DNA from: a virus
Taxonomy: Duplodnaviria; Caudoviricetes
DNA: 46,412 nucleotides
IMG/VR virus record: IMGVR_UViG_3300042477_000093
Location: 1-46,412 of that record
Strand: one strand, 5' to 3'
Below the pieces are notes generated by a model that saw only the letters and a program-made list of their open reading frames with translations, searched no databases and was not told where the DNA came from. Within the stretch, counting starts at the first letter, position 1. Each line of letters starts with the position of its first letter. The position numbers were made by a program, and so were the translations under genes. This document shows positions 25,888 to 37,300 of this stretch, one piece after another.

Positions 25888-26251
25888 TTACTTCCACCCA
25901 GCTTGTTGTTGCTTCATCCCACTGATACAGCTTGCCATCATCAGGCATCGCTACTGGTGGCTCCCATACGCAAGTTTGTTCATTGAGAAGCCAAGAAGGA
26001 TAGGGTTGTGGAGAAACAAAAGCATCACGCTCTGCATCGTATTTATCTCCAATAGCAGCATAATTTTTTCTGAAAGGTACGCCACCGAGACGGTGGATGC
26101 CGCCATAAGTGTTGTAGCTAGTGCGTTTAGCAGTCAGTCTTGTTTCGGCTGAATACCATTGCTCCCAATCATAAATACCTTCGTTCTCGTCTTTGCCAGT
26201 AATGACTTGAACGACAATTCCGTTTTTATCTAACAATGCGTAATGAGCCAT
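25880..26251 (-). CDS. conserved tail-fibre-associated protein
   Basis: MAHYALLD...TSYNT...RKNYAAIG..YD..RDAF..PQPYPSW motif. Confidence 0.8.
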   Translation of the reverse strand: MAHYALLDKNGIVVQVITGKDENEGIYDWEQWYSAETRLTAKRTSYNTYGGIHRLGGVPFRKNYAAIGDKYDAERDAFVSPQPYPSWLLNEQTCVWEPPVAMPDDGKLYQWDEATTSWVEVNA

Positions 26252-26848
26252 TTATGCCTCCAGCCTTAGCCCAGTTAAATCCATTTCCTCGCCCACCATG
26301 CCAACCGGAAACGTATTGAACGATAGAGAAACTCTAGTCTGTTCACCCTCAACCGTTGGAACCATATGTTCAAGACTTGAAGGGAATAAAATCAATCGCC
26401 CCGTAATAGCCTCAAACCACCAGCTTTCAGAGTTCCATGTATTCCACTCCAATGTAGGCAGTTTGATTTGCTGATAGCCTGCGCGATAAAAATAGATGCG
26501 GTCATCAGGATTTGTTTGCACGTAAAACACGCCAGAAACCAACGAATTAGGATGAGCATGTTTGTGGTGGTATTGACCTTGGTCGCTATAGTTCACCCAG
26601 CTTTGCGTGACTCTCAAACTTACATCATGTCTCGGATTGACAGTTGCTTTGAAATATTCAGCAATACAATCCTCAATCCATGATCGTAAATCAGTAAGGC
26701 CGGTGCGACGTAAAACGAAATTATCTGTTGATGTCATGTTCCCCATATTTGGCCTTGTGTCTAAGCCCATAATCAATGCTTTTTCCTCGTCAGTAATTTG
26801 ACGTTCAAACATGCTTACGGGTTGAGCAAAAAGACCGTGAGTTACCAT
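26252..26848 (-). CDS. 2OG-Fe(II) oxygenase-like protein
   Basis: SWVN, HxH (HAHPNSLVSGVFY), LILFPSSLEHMV, RVSLSFN. Confidence 0.85.
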   Translation of the reverse strand: MVTHGLFAQPVSMFERQITDEEKALIMGLDTRPNMGNMTSTDNFVLRRTGLTDLRSWIEDCIAEYFKATVNPRHDVSLRVTQSWVNYSDQGQYHHKHAHPNSLVSGVFYVQTNPDDRIYFYRAGYQQIKLPTLEWNTWNSESWWFEAITGRLILFPSSLEHMVPTVEGEQTRVSLSFNTFPVGMVGEEMDLTGLRLEA

Positions 26849-28041
26849 GAGATCGTGCCAGTTCCGGCAGTAAACTTATAAACTTTGTATCCAGAGCGTG
26901 TTGAGGTATCAAGCGAATAAGTCAGCCCTGCGCCTATTGATGTTAAATTAGCAAAGGAACTTTGATAGGCAATAATTACTACACCACTACCACCAGCACC
27001 ACTCGCGCTTCCGCCGGAAATATCACCTGTTCCACCACCGCCACCGCCTAAGTTAGCAGTACCTGCTGTACCCGATGTTCCGGTTCCGCCTCCTGTTCCA
27101 CCACCCCCTGTTCCACCAGACGCAGGATTTCCAGAGCCAATATTTCCACCGCCTCCGCCACCTGCATAAGTGACAGAAGGACCTGTTATTGAGTTGGCCG
27201 ATCCATTACCTCCTGCTCCACCTGACGTTGTATTACCAGCAGTTCCAACAGCCCCAGCGCCACCACCACCACCAGCACCACGATTCCCACCACCAGTAAA
27301 TCCAGCGCCCCCATTATTACCTTGGCTTGGTGATGTGGAAGGTGTATTTCCTGATCCGCCAGCTCCAGCAGGAGCGCTAATCCAGCCACCCCCACCGCCG
27401 CCTGAGCCTCCATTTGATCCGTTATTATTGACTGGCCCGCCACCGCCACCGCCAGAAGATGTAATGGTACTAAAAACGGAATCTGAGCCATTGGCCCCTT
27501 GAGCGGAGCCGGATGTTCTCGCTGCGCCGCCACCACCAACGGTAACGGTATAGCTTGTTCCAGCGGCAACTGAGAAAGATGAGTTTGTTCGATAGCCACC
27601 AGCGCCGCCGCCAGCGCCGTATGAAGTACCACCAGATGCGCCGCCAGCAACAACCAGAACTTCTACCGTGGCAGGAGGACCAAAAAGAACTTCTGAGGAT
27701 ACGGCTGCATATGTTATCCAGCCTTGTGTTTCGTCTGTGTAAACAATTTGTACAGACTGCCTTTTCCCAACAACGCTAAAAAGAGTTGCTGCGCCATTTA
27801 TTTTTGACCCGTTTGGATTGATGGATAACCCATTCGTAGCAAAGGTTCCAGCATAATCAGTAAAAGTGACCAAGTCGCCAGGAGAAGGATCAAGTGGCAG
27901 CGTTGCTGTAATTACTCCGCTTGTCGTATTGACTGGGTAGGCTCTTCCAGCTACGGCGTAAAAATTATTTATTTGTACCGGCTGCCATTGCAGCGTCGGC
28001 GGTGGCGCAAGGTTAAACGCCGATGGCTGCAATGAGTTCAT
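26842..28041 (-). CDS. glycine-rich tail fibre/spike protein
   Basis: VEVLVVAGG then poly-Gly repeats, GGSGVVII C-terminus. Confidence 0.8.
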   Translation of the reverse strand: MNSLQPSAFNLAPPPTLQWQPVQINNFYAVAGRAYPVNTTSGVITATLPLDPSPGDLVTFTDYAGTFATNGLSINPNGSKINGAATLFSVVGKRQSVQIVYTDETQGWITYAAVSSEVLFGPPATVEVLVVAGGASGGTSYGAGGGAGGYRTNSSFSVAAGTSYTVTVGGGGAARTSGSAQGANGSDSVFSTITSSGGGGGGPVNNNGSNGGSGGGGGGWISAPAGAGGSGNTPSTSPSQGNNGGAGFTGGGNRGAGGGGGAGAVGTAGNTTSGGAGGNGSANSITGPSVTYAGGGGGGNIGSGNPASGGTGGGGTGGGTGTSGTAGTANLGGGGGGTGDISGGSASGAGGSGVVIIAYQSSFANLTSIGAGLTYSLDTSTRSGYKVYKFTAGTGTISW

Positions 28042-28523
28042 TAGTAATTCCCTCCGAGAGCCGATACAGCTATACCAATGTTAGTGCCACCTGCGGCCAC
28101 CGTAAGACCTGCGTACACACGATAAGTAGCTGGAATGTTCAATCCACCCGTTGCTATAGAGAACGGATAAACAGTTAACGCTGACGTTCCTAAAGCAGTG
28201 ACTGCTGTAGCAGGAATTGCAACCTCACCAATGAAGATATTGTTTCCAGCCGTTGTATTTGCAGAGCCGTTATTGAGCCAAAACCTTACCACGGTCGCAT
28301 TGCTTGTTCCCGATGCGGTTGCTCCATTTGTAGAAGCGAGCCTGCAATTAATCTGATCTATCCTTGCGCCATCCGCACCTGCCGTGAAGCATAAGACCAT
28401 TCCTGTTCCAGCAGTCTCAGTTCCATCAAATGCTTTAGTGTTTGTCATTGCTGTTGAAAGAACAGCATTCAACGCGCCAACATTTGGCGTTTGTACAAAA
28501 ATTGGGGTTGCTGTAACAGCCAT
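28041..28523 (-). CDS. tail-associated structural protein
   Basis: Beta-rich A/T/G protein between fibre genes. Confidence 0.7.
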   Translation of the reverse strand: MAVTATPIFVQTPNVGALNAVLSTAMTNTKAFDGTETAGTGMVLCFTAGADGARIDQINCRLASTNGATASGTSNATVVRFWLNNGSANTTAGNNIFIGEVAIPATAVTALGTSALTVYPFSIATGGLNIPATYRVYAGLTVAAGGTNIGIAVSALGGNY

Positions 28524-28525
28524 GA

Positions 28526-30826
28526 TTAAAAAGCTCCGTAAGTGTTAGCCATATAAATGTTGCCTCCAGTGCTTGAACCACCTCCGCTAGCCGTTGCCCA
28601 AGAAAGGGTTCCAGATCCATTTGTTTTCAAAAACTGGCCGTTTGACCCATCGGCACTTGGCAACGTCCAAGTTACATTGGTAGCTACCGTACCCGGTGAT
28701 TTGAAAGCAACATAATTACTCGAATCTGTATCAGCAAAACGTAAGGCTCCTGTCGCGCCAATCTGTACGTTCGTACCATCCCATGTAAAGTTTGCGCTGC
28801 CACCAAACGACCCTGAACTATTAAATTGAATTTGAGTATCAGACCCGCCGGGTGTGCCGCCACCGCCGGCAGGCGTAGCCCATGTGCCATCACCGCGCCA
28901 AAACGTCGTTGATGACGCACCGGTTCCTGAATTAAGGTTGGTAACTGGCAGATTACCGGTAACGCCAGTAGATAACGGAAGCCCCGTGGCGTTAGTAAGC
29001 GTAACCGCTGATGGAGTGCCAAGGTTTGGCGTTGTAAGTACCGGCGATGTAGCCAAAACATTATTACCCGTACCTGTGTTAGTAACGCTAACAATGTTTT
29101 TGCTTGCATCTAAAGCTAACGCGGTACTTGCTGTAAGGCCGGATAACGTCGTAGTCGAAGAGGCGGAAAGCGTCGTAAACGCCCCTGTTGTCGGTGTTGT
29201 TGCTCCTACCGTACCGTTAATATTGATTGAAGCCGTGCCAGTAAGGTTAGTTACCGCACCTGAACTTGGTGTACCTAGAGCACCACCATTAACAACAAAT
29301 GCCCCAGCGGATCCAGTATTTACACCAAGAGCCGTTACAACGCCCGTCCCTGTTGTTACCGTGCTTGGAGCCGACCCGGCTCCGCCACCAACCATAAGAG
29401 CATTTGCGGCCAATACGCCAGAGCTTGCCCAGGTTGATGACCCAGAGAAATAAACCAAACCACCGGATGTTCCTGCAACACTCAACGCTAGCGTGCCGGA
29501 TGATGTAATTGGCGATCCGGCCACCGAAATCAAACCACCGGTAAACGTCTGCGCCACCTGTGTCACGGTTCCACTACCACCCGATGCGGATAACGTGCCA
29601 GCAGAGAGTGTTAACCCAGAACCAACTGTGACATTACTGAAACCACCACTACCGTTATTGGCTAAAAGCTGGGCGCTCGTACCGGTCGTTGCAGGTGCGT
29701 AATCCGTGCTGCTTACCGCTGCTGCTAGAACACCTGACGTGGCCTTCACAAGACCTGTGGTTGTAGCTGCTTTAATAAGCTTGCCAGTAGTTCCATCAAA
29801 TAATGCAATCTGACCATCGGTAGACGAACTTGGTCCAGATACGTCGCCTGCGCTGATAGTTGCGTATTCCAGCGCCGTAGCACCAGAGTTAACGCGCAGA
29901 ACCTGAAGCGCAGACCCAAGTGAACTTAATCCTGTACCGCCATTACCATAAGGGAGCGTACCGGTGACGCCGGTAGACAAGGGTAATCCCGTGGCATTTG
30001 TGAGCGTTACGGATGTTGGCGTTCCAAGTATTGGCGTAACAAGTGTCGGACTCGTTGCAAATACTAGTGAGCCCGTGCCTGTTTCATCTGATATGACTCC
30101 ACGCAATTCTGCTGAAGTGGTTGACGCAAACGCAGATAGCTTATCTGACGTATAGGCTACCGTACCACCAGCGCCAAAAGCCATGGTGGAACCATCTGTT
30201 CCAGAGAGCGTTACCGTATTGCTTGCAGTGAACGTCTTTCCATCAGCTATCGTAAGCGTCGAACCGGTTGCTGGAGCAGTGACTGTTACCTTGTTGTACT
30301 TACCGCCTGTGATATCGCCCGTAGTATCCGCGATGGTTACCGCAGAGTTTTGGATAACCTTACCTGTGGTTCCATCGAATCTTGCAACCGCGTTGTCTGT
30401 TGAAGAAGCTGGCCCAATAACACCACTTGCTACATAGTCGGATCCGTTCCAATAAATGACCGCCTCAGAGCCTGATGTAATCGTTACACCTGTGGTCGCG
30501 GAAGCTTTAACAACAATTGCAGCATCAGAACCATTCTTTACGATATACCAACTACGGCTTGCTGATCCGCCTGGCGCTACAACATTTCGGCTAACTCCTG
30601 GCGTACCAGTTATTAAAAGCACGGCATAACGCGCCTCGTTACTAGCCGAACCATCTCCGTTACTTAATGTGACATTACCGCCCGTGACATCGATGGATAT
30701 CGAGCCGCCAATAGCAACATCAACTGGCGCAGTGAGCGCATCATTAACCGTGGTGCCCCACGTACCATCTTCCGTCCCGTTTACGGGCTGGGCTAGCTTA
30801 AGTAGGGTTGTGTAATTAACGGTCAT
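28526..30826 (-). CDS. tail fibre protein
   Basis: G/S/T-rich. Internal repeats GPx[13 protein letters not shown] and [33 protein letters not shown]. Start at MTVNYT. Confidence 0.8.
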   Translation of the reverse strand: MTVNYTTLLKLAQPVNGTEDGTWGTTVNDALTAPVDVAIGGSISIDVTGGNVTLSNGDGSASNEARYAVLLITGTPGVSRNVVAPGGSASRSWYIVKNGSDAAIVVKASATTGVTITSGSEAVIYWNGSDYVASGVIGPASSTDNAVARFDGTTGKVIQNSAVTIADTTGDITGGKYNKVTVTAPATGSTLTIADGKTFTASNTVTLSGTDGSTMAFGAGGTVAYTSDKLSAFASTTSAELRGVISDETGTGSLVFATSPTLVTPILGTPTSVTLTNATGLPLSTGVTGTLPYGNGGTGLSSLGSALQVLRVNSGATALEYATISAGDVSGPSSSTDGQIALFDGTTGKLIKAATTTGLVKATSGVLAAAVSSTDYAPATTGTSAQLLANNGSGGFSNVTVGSGLTLSAGTLSASGGSGTVTQVAQTFTGGLISVAGSPITSSGTLALSVAGTSGGLVYFSGSSTWASSGVLAANALMVGGGAGSAPSTVTTGTGVVTALGVNTGSAGAFVVNGGALGTPSSGAVTNLTGTASININGTVGATTPTTGAFTTLSASSTTTLSGLTASTALALDASKNIVSVTNTGTGNNVLATSPVLTTPNLGTPSAVTLTNATGLPLSTGVTGNLPVTNLNSGTGASSTTFWRGDGTWATPAGGGGTPGGSDTQIQFNSSGSFGGSANFTWDGTNVQIGATGALRFADTDSSNYVAFKSPGTVATNVTWTLPSADGSNGQFLKTNGSGTLSWATASGGGSSTGGNIYMANTYGAF

Positions 30827-30915
30827 GTCGTTACCACCTGCGTCCAAGTTGTCGTAACACCGGGTGTGATACCGCCCCAGCTAGCTACCTGCGTCGTGGT
30901 AATTTGCGTCCACAT
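30823..30915 (-). CDS. 30-aa Trp/Thr peptide ORF
   Basis: [30 protein letters not shown]; ATGA-coupled to the fibre gene. Confidence 0.4.
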   Translation of the reverse strand: MWTQITTTQVASWGGITPGVTTTWTQVVTT

Positions 30916-30916
30916 A

Positions 30917-31345
30917 TCAAGCAATCCTTAAAACTGCATTGGTTGCATCTGCCGCCGGAAATGTAATCACCAAATCCTGTCCCGATTTTGTGATATTCAC
31001 CCCAAAGTTTAATACCGCTACAGATCGATTTCCATTGGTAAAGTTGTATATCAATGCGCCATTTGTCGTCAAAGTCACGTTGGTGAATGTGGCGGTATCA
31101 AACGTCCAGTAAGCAGTAGTTCCTTGAAAGGTTGGCGTGATGTTTGTGAGTGCAATCCCGCCGGCCGTGTAATTGGTTCCACTGGATTCACCCGCTGCTG
31201 TGTAAGCAGTCGTCGAGGCACCAAGATCAGCGTTGGCTGTGTAGAGGGCCATCTTAAAGACATCGCCAGTACTCGCAGTGAAGTTATGCAAGCCCTGAGC
31301 CAGCTCTACTTTGAAGCTTGTTGTCAGGGTTTGAATGATTGCCAT
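30917..31345 (-). CDS. structural protein
   Basis: TSFKVEL..G.HNF...FKMALYT...YTAGG..L...GALIYN motif. Confidence 0.8.
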   Translation of the reverse strand: MAIIQTLTTSFKVELAQGLHNFTASTGDVFKMALYTANADLGASTTAYTAAGESSGTNYTAGGIALTNITPTFQGTTAYWTFDTATFTNVTLTTNGALIYNFTNGNRSVAVLNFGVNITKSGQDLVITFPAADATNAVLRIA

Positions 31346-32016
31346 TACACCACCTTATCCCGAACCTGCCCAGAACGATATGCATCCTGGCGGTCAAGGC
31401 CGTCACCAAGACGCTTAGCAAGAGCAAGTGCTTCTTTGTATCTACCTGTGATGTTTTGAATCATGTCTGGCTCACCCTTCAGGAAGGTGTAAGCCTCTAC
31501 CAGGCAGCCATACAAAAGCACTGAATCAAAGTTATCACTAAGCCACGTCGTATTGGCATCTGTATCTGTTGCCGCAATCGATGTTGGATAGTAGAAGTAA
31601 TGCAGCTCTACACTGTATGCAGCGTCAGGCGTTGGCCCAAGTAAAAACACCCACTCTTTCTCATCGGTCGAATCAGGTCCAAAGATTGCATAGCAATAAG
31701 GCTCGCCTGTATTGCCAGAACCCGTGGGCGCTGGGAACGCCTCACGAATAAAGTTCACATCTTTGTTAAGCAGATACTTGTAAGCGCCGCCTGCATCAAT
31801 AACCGCCAGTGAATAGGGTGCAAGAAAATCCGTGGGCGCCTGAAGATACCGATTATTAATCGTGCAGGTTCCAACTACGTTTTTCCGTAGCGACGGAAAC
31901 TGAATGGAATTGAAGATTCGTTGCTCTGCCTGCTTGGCAAACGTCTGGAGCGTTACCGTCTCAAACGTCGTTTCGCAATAATCTTGTATCGCAGTCTTAA
32001 GCTGGCCCCAGTTCAT
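31345..32016 (-). CDS. head-tail adaptor/tail tubular protein A-like
   Basis: AEQRI, LLNKDVNFIREA, GPTPD..Y.VELHY, LLYGCLVEA. Confidence 0.75.
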   Translation of the reverse strand: MNWGQLKTAIQDYCETTFETVTLQTFAKQAEQRIFNSIQFPSLRKNVVGTCTINNRYLQAPTDFLAPYSLAVIDAGGAYKYLLNKDVNFIREAFPAPTGSGNTGEPYCYAIFGPDSTDEKEWVFLLGPTPDAAYSVELHYFYYPTSIAATDTDANTTWLSDNFDSVLLYGCLVEAYTFLKGEPDMIQNITGRYKEALALAKRLGDGLDRQDAYRSGQVRDKVV

Positions 32017-32025
32017 GTTGGCTCC

Positions 32026-32286
32026 TTAAGCCATTGGACCCCGGCACATCGTACCTTTGGTCGCAGCCCCGGCACCACGCATCTTAATACCAGAAGTCTT
32101 CACTTGACTATTGGGGTTCATGGCTACACCATGGGTCGGTTGCCAATCCTTCACCATGTTATAGGGCATCTCTTTGCCGGGGTTTGGCGATGCAACAACT
32201 TTTGCGCCCGCCATGGTATGCGGTTCAGCGTATACCGATGCAGGACCGACTTCTTTGCCGCCCTGCTTCATTGAATACTTGGCCAT
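32026..32286 (-). CDS. small basic late protein
   Basis: MKQGG; C-terminal RGAGAATKG. Confidence 0.7.
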   Translation of the reverse strand: MAKYSMKQGGKEVGPASVYAEPHTMAGAKVVASPNPGKEMPYNMVKDWQPTHGVAMNPNSQVKTSGIKMRGAGAATKGTMCRGPMA

Positions 32287-32289
32287 AAC

Positions 32290-32460
32290 TTACCCCTGAT
32301 TACGTGCGCGTGCAAGATTGCGTCCCATCTTCTTCATCATTTCTGATGTAGGGCCGCCCTTACGCATCTTGGTCAATGGCTTACCAGGGTGCATTGCTTT
32401 TTCATGCTTATGCACCGCAGCGGCGGCTGTCTTTTTGTCTTGCTTGATATCATCTTTCAT
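32290..32460 (-). CDS. small basic late protein (not in ORF track)
   Basis: MKDDIKQDKK..HKHEKAMHPGKPLTKMRKGG..MGRNLARA; GGAG RBS. Confidence 0.7.
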   Translation of the reverse strand: MKDDIKQDKKTAAAAVHKHEKAMHPGKPLTKMRKGGPTSEMMKKMGRNLARARNQG

Positions 32461-32469
32461 CACTTGCTC

Positions 32470-32895
32470 CTAGGAGGCTGATACACTGTTTAACAGGGCC
32501 TGCCCCACCAAGTGATTGGGGGTCATGCCATAATCAAAAGATCTTGCGCCACCAACTGGATTGAAGCCCCATTCTATAACCCGGCTTCCTTCAAGCGGAA
32601 CGCCCGTATATAAAGGGTCTGTCCCTATCGTGTAGTTGGTCTGCATCCCGTTATAGCCTGACTGGTAATACGAGTTGGAATCGGGACGTGGATTCCTTAC
32701 GGCCTGCGGATCGGAAATGGGAAACATGCCAAGCTGCAACTGCGGCTGATCAGGTTCCCAACATTCTGGGCATACCAAGATATTAACATTCTTGGTTTTA
32801 ATTGTAAGCACCTTGAGCTGCTTTAGTTTATAGCGAAAATTACACCTATCGCACTGGGCGATAGCAAACTTTCCACTGGCAAACTGATTAGGCAT
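32470..32895 (-). CDS. zinc-ribbon late protein
   Basis: CDRC...CPECWEPDQPQL...DPQAVRNPRPD. Confidence 0.75.
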   Translation of the reverse strand: MPNQFASGKFAIAQCDRCNFRYKLKQLKVLTIKTKNVNILVCPECWEPDQPQLQLGMFPISDPQAVRNPRPDSNSYYQSGYNGMQTNYTIGTDPLYTGVPLEGSRVIEWGFNPVGGARSFDYGMTPNHLVGQALLNSVSAS

Positions 32896-33867
32896 TTAGA
32901 AGTTCACGCCCAAGAATGACTGCCTTGGCACAAACCTGATAGGCGCTTTCTCGCGATCTTCGCCTGCCGCCAGATCCCATGACTCATCATACTGAGCCTT
33001 TAGCATGGCCATCCTCTCCAAGCCGCCCTCTACTTTCATAGACAGCTTATATGCAAGCCCTGATATAAGTGCCTCTTGGAATCGATAGGGAATGTCCTCC
33101 ACGTTCACACCATTCCCTGCGTCTTGCATCCTACGCATCCGCCAGTAAACCAGTGTGTAATAAGGCGTAGAGATGGAACCCTGATCCGGGGCTGGCCATA
33201 CCGTTACATTAGGAAACTTGGTATTGCTTACCGTTGCGCCTGAAGAATGAGCAGCAGCCGTTGTGTTGTTCTGCCCGCGGACAACATTGTCTAGCGTTGC
33301 ATAAGCTGAAGTGCCCGTTGCCACATTCTCGGCTTGGGTTGAAGTACCGTAGTAATAAACCGTCTCCGATCCAATGTTTGCATATCCTGCATATGGTATC
33401 CCTGCGAGGCTAGACATCGGTATTGTCGTAGCAGAGGATGTGATATTAGCGGCCAACGTGCCTGTGAAAACATAGGTCTGTCCACCCTGTCGGTCTATGT
33501 AAATTTGAATAGGCCTGCCCGTGGCTAGCTTATTTGGTATGGTGGAGTATGTACTTACCGAAATCCGGCTGATATTAATATCCGTCTGGTTCTGCCCCTC
33601 TCCTGTGCGGATGATGGTTTCCACCAGGTCAACCGTATTAATCGGTAAAGGGTAAGTAATTTGATTGGCATAGAGCTGTATTGCACCCTGCTCCATGGTC
33701 CATAGATTTACCCCGCGGTTAGACCACTCCGTGAGCAAAAGATTAAGCGACCTACGGGCGGTCCTCAGATCGTAGCCCGAACGTAATTCACGACCACACC
33801 TTTCGTATGCCTCTTCAACACATTCGTTTAAGTTAGGATTGAATGAAGTTGTGCCTGACGTAGTCAT
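32896..33867 (-). CDS. head-tail connector-like structural protein
   Basis: EEAYERCG...GYDLRTARRSLNL...NRGVNLWT...AAGEDRE. Confidence 0.75.
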   Translation of the reverse strand: MTTSGTTSFNPNLNECVEEAYERCGRELRSGYDLRTARRSLNLLLTEWSNRGVNLWTMEQGAIQLYANQITYPLPINTVDLVETIIRTGEGQNQTDINISRISVSTYSTIPNKLATGRPIQIYIDRQGGQTYVFTGTLAANITSSATTIPMSSLAGIPYAGYANIGSETVYYYGTSTQAENVATGTSAYATLDNVVRGQNNTTAAAHSSGATVSNTKFPNVTVWPAPDQGSISTPYYTLVYWRMRRMQDAGNGVNVEDIPYRFQEALISGLAYKLSMKVEGGLERMAMLKAQYDESWDLAAGEDREKAPIRFVPRQSFLGVNF

Positions 33868-34109
33868 TTTCCTACCTTCCGAAACGGTGCAACCTTTTTG
33901 GCTATTGCTTTAGGCTGCGCTACAAATTGCTTTCCTTTTGCCTTACCTTCTCGCTTGGCTCTGGTTGTAGCAGCATACTCCTGTGGCGATAACGATTTTA
34001 TTGCAGCTTCTGGTAAATACCTCTCACCTGTATCAGACGAACGCTTACCGCTTCGGGTTCGCCACTTTTGTTCCGTCCAAGCTTTTAATGATTGTTGCGG
34101 TGCTTTCAT
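33864..34109 (-). CDS. small basic protein
   Basis: SLKAWTEQKWRT...TGERYLP motif. Confidence 0.75.
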   Translation of the reverse strand: MKAPQQSLKAWTEQKWRTRSGKRSSDTGERYLPEAAIKSLSPQEYAATTRAKREGKAKGKQFVAQPKAIAKKVAPFRKVGK

Positions 34110-34381
34110 GAAGTATACCCGCCGCCACGCTCTTTGTAACGCTTAGCCAAGAGCTGTGCTTTTCTGGCTGACCATTTTCCAGCGCCGGTACCTTGAACAG
34201 CGGCGCTCTTAATCTGATTAAAAAGTTTTTTACGCATGGTTGGCTTGGTGTAATTACCAGCTTCATTCACCTTGCCTCCCTCCGCGTATTGCGTAAAGTC
34301 CGTGTCATCCCTTCGGGGCTTGACCTTGGCCTTCGGCATTTTGCTGGGATTGATTATTCCCATCCCCCGACTGCTTCGCAT
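34106..34381 (-). CDS. small basic protein
   Basis: YAEGG, NYTKPTMRK, WSARKAQLLAKRYK..GGGY. Confidence 0.75.
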   Translation of the reverse strand: MRSSRGMGIINPSKMPKAKVKPRRDDTDFTQYAEGGKVNEAGNYTKPTMRKKLFNQIKSAAVQGTGAGKWSARKAQLLAKRYKERGGGYTS

Positions 34382-37300
34382 TTGCGGCTCCTAATAGTGC
34401 GGCTAACCCAAAGTTGCCAGTATCTTGCAAAGGACGCAAGTAGCTGGGCGCCTTGAATAAATCAAATGGCCCAAACTCTGGTGCTAGCACGTTGGGCTGT
34501 GCGTAATCAACGTAAGTTTTCTGCTGCCCGGTGGCGGCTGGAATACCAAATACTGGGAAAGGCAAACCACCAGGCTTTGATGTAGTCGTCGGTGGCTTTG
34601 ATGTTGTTGTTGCTGATATAACCGGCGCCGTTGTGACTGGTAATGTGGTCACTGGCGCGGTTGTTGTTTGCTCGGGGATGCTAATCGCTGGCGTCGTTAC
34701 AGGGGGTATCGTTCCTGAAGTTGGAGGAGGCGTAACCGGAGGTATGGTAATCGTCGTTACTTGCTCCGTGGTTACAGGCTCCGTAGTCGTTACCAGAGGG
34801 ATGGTAATCGTTGTCGTTACAGGCGGCAACGATGTGGTCGTGATAACCATCGTTAGCGATGGCGTTTGCGTAAATGTCTCCGTTACAGAAATACTTGGAG
34901 TAATGGTTGCTGAAGCTGTAATTGTTGGCGCTAATGTTGGCAACTGAGTGATCGTTGCGGTAATGCTTGGCGTCAGTGTCTCAGTAAGGCTTTGTGTGAC
35001 TACCTCAGTAATTGATTCAGTGACCGATTGCGTAACCGTCTGAGTGATTGATTCAGTGACTGACGGGGCTACCGTTGCCGTTGGTGAAATGGTTTCCGTA
35101 ACCGAAACCGTCTGTGTAATTGAAGGGGTAATAGAAACAGTCTGTGTCTGTGACAGGCTTTGGCTTAGCGATTGGCTTTGTGACAAGCTCAATGACAAGC
35201 TATTTGCCGTGCTAAGGGATTGACTAAGCGATGTCTGCCTCGAAACTTCTTGGCTTAAATATGTTGATATTGAAACGCTTTCTGACAAAGACACCGAGTT
35301 GCTGATTGACTGCTGGGTCGATGTGCTAATTGAAATTGACTGTGACTTGCTAGCCTCTAACGATACTGATTGACTTAATGAATTGGAAATTGATATACCA
35401 ACCGCCCTATCTCTCTCAATTTGTTCGCTAACACTTAATGACTGTGACTGGAGAGCTGATAGTGATAATGACTGGCTAATGCTTTGAGCGACTGACTCGC
35501 TTAAAGAAAGCGATTGACTTACGCTTTGAGATAGAGCTTTTGACACAGACTGTGAAGCAGATAATGACTGTGACTGACTGACAGAAGTAGAAGCACTCAA
35601 GCTATTAGAGATAGATAGTTGCGTTGCTTTTGAAATTGACTCGGAAAGAGATAGCGACGTTGAAGCGGATTGGCTTGTGCTAATAGAAGCAGAGACCAAT
35701 CTCGATACTGATTGAGAGACTGATTCGGACGCGCTTAGCGATGCGGATATTGATAGGCCACGAACAATATCTTCGCTCATTTTTTGACTGAGGATAAGGC
35801 TTTGGGATACAGATGTGCTTAGCGCGGCAGATGTTGACTGGCTGAGTGAAAGCGATGTGCTGACTGACTTAGATACAGACTCTGAAACGGACGCAGAAAC
35901 CGATACCGCCTGCGATTGAGAGAGGCTTTGCGACAGGGCTATGCTTTGCGATGTGCTCTGCGATATTGCGATCTGTTTGCTTACTTCCTGCGACAAACTA
36001 ATACTTTGTGATGTTGATGCCGAGGTCGATGCGCTTACAGAAGCCGAAATGCTTGTTGCTTTAGATACCGACTCGCTTTGAGACGTTGACAAACTAACGC
36101 TTTGTGAAAAAGAAACTGATTTGGAAACCGCCTCTGAAGTGCTTATGGATGCTGATATTGAATTGCTAAGTGAAGTAGAAAGGCTTGTTGATTTTGATAC
36201 TGATTCACTTTGTGAAACAGATGTGCTTAAACTTTGCGACAACGATGTTGATTTAGAGATCGATTGTGACGTGCTTGTTGAAGCTGAAATACTTTGGGAT
36301 AGCGAAACTGATTTGCTAGTTGACTCTGATACGCTCACCGCCGTAGATATCGATTCCGACACAGAGGCTGATATTGACAGTCCTTTAAGCCTGTCTTTTT
36401 CCATTTGCTCGCTAACGCTTGCGGACAAAGATAGCGCCTCTGAGATAGACAGAGATTTACTAATTGATGTTGATACGCTCTCAGAGGACGAAACTGAAAC
36501 GCTTAGCGACTGTGACTTGCTTGTAGAAGTTGAAATGGACTCTGATGTAGATATTGATTGTGATACAGAGATAGATTTGCTTAATGAAGCCGATACGCTT
36601 TGAGACGTAGACGTAGATGCGCTTACCGATTGAGATAGGCTCGTGGATGTCGATAGCGACGCAGAGGTAGACACTGACGTCGATACGCTCTTGCTCAATG
36701 ATATGGATTTTTCAAGCTCAACCGTTGATACCGACTGCGAAAGAGAGATGCTTTTTGATTGAGATTCGGATACCGATACCGAGGTTGATGCAGATAACGA
36801 CAGAGACTGGGAGTAAGAGACAGATAGGCTCTGACTCTTTGATATAGATGTACTTACCGCGGCCTCTGATACAGACTGGCTAAGACTGATGCTTGTGGAC
36901 TTAGATACGCTAGCAGCAATTACGTCCGCAATCTTGGTGGTCACCTCAACCGTGGGCGTTGCAGTCGGCTTTACCGTGGAAACGCCTAGCTTAACCTGGT
37001 CGCCAACCTGCATAAGGTAGTTGTTAGGCGCCACACGGAGCATGGTGTACATCTGGCCATCGGTGCCAGTCACTACTGCATTGTCACCAATAATGGACGT
37101 AACAGTCCCGGCAACATTTGCTCTTGGTGTGATCGTGTCCAGTACGTTTAGCTGGCGGTCAGAAGCAAGACCCATGCTATCCATAAAAGTCTTGAAGTCT
37201 GCGTAAGTTATCTTTCCTTGGTCTAGTAATGACTTTGCGTTGGCTGCAATCTGAGCGTCTGTTTGAGCGTTAAATATTTGCTTTTGCTCATACAAGATAC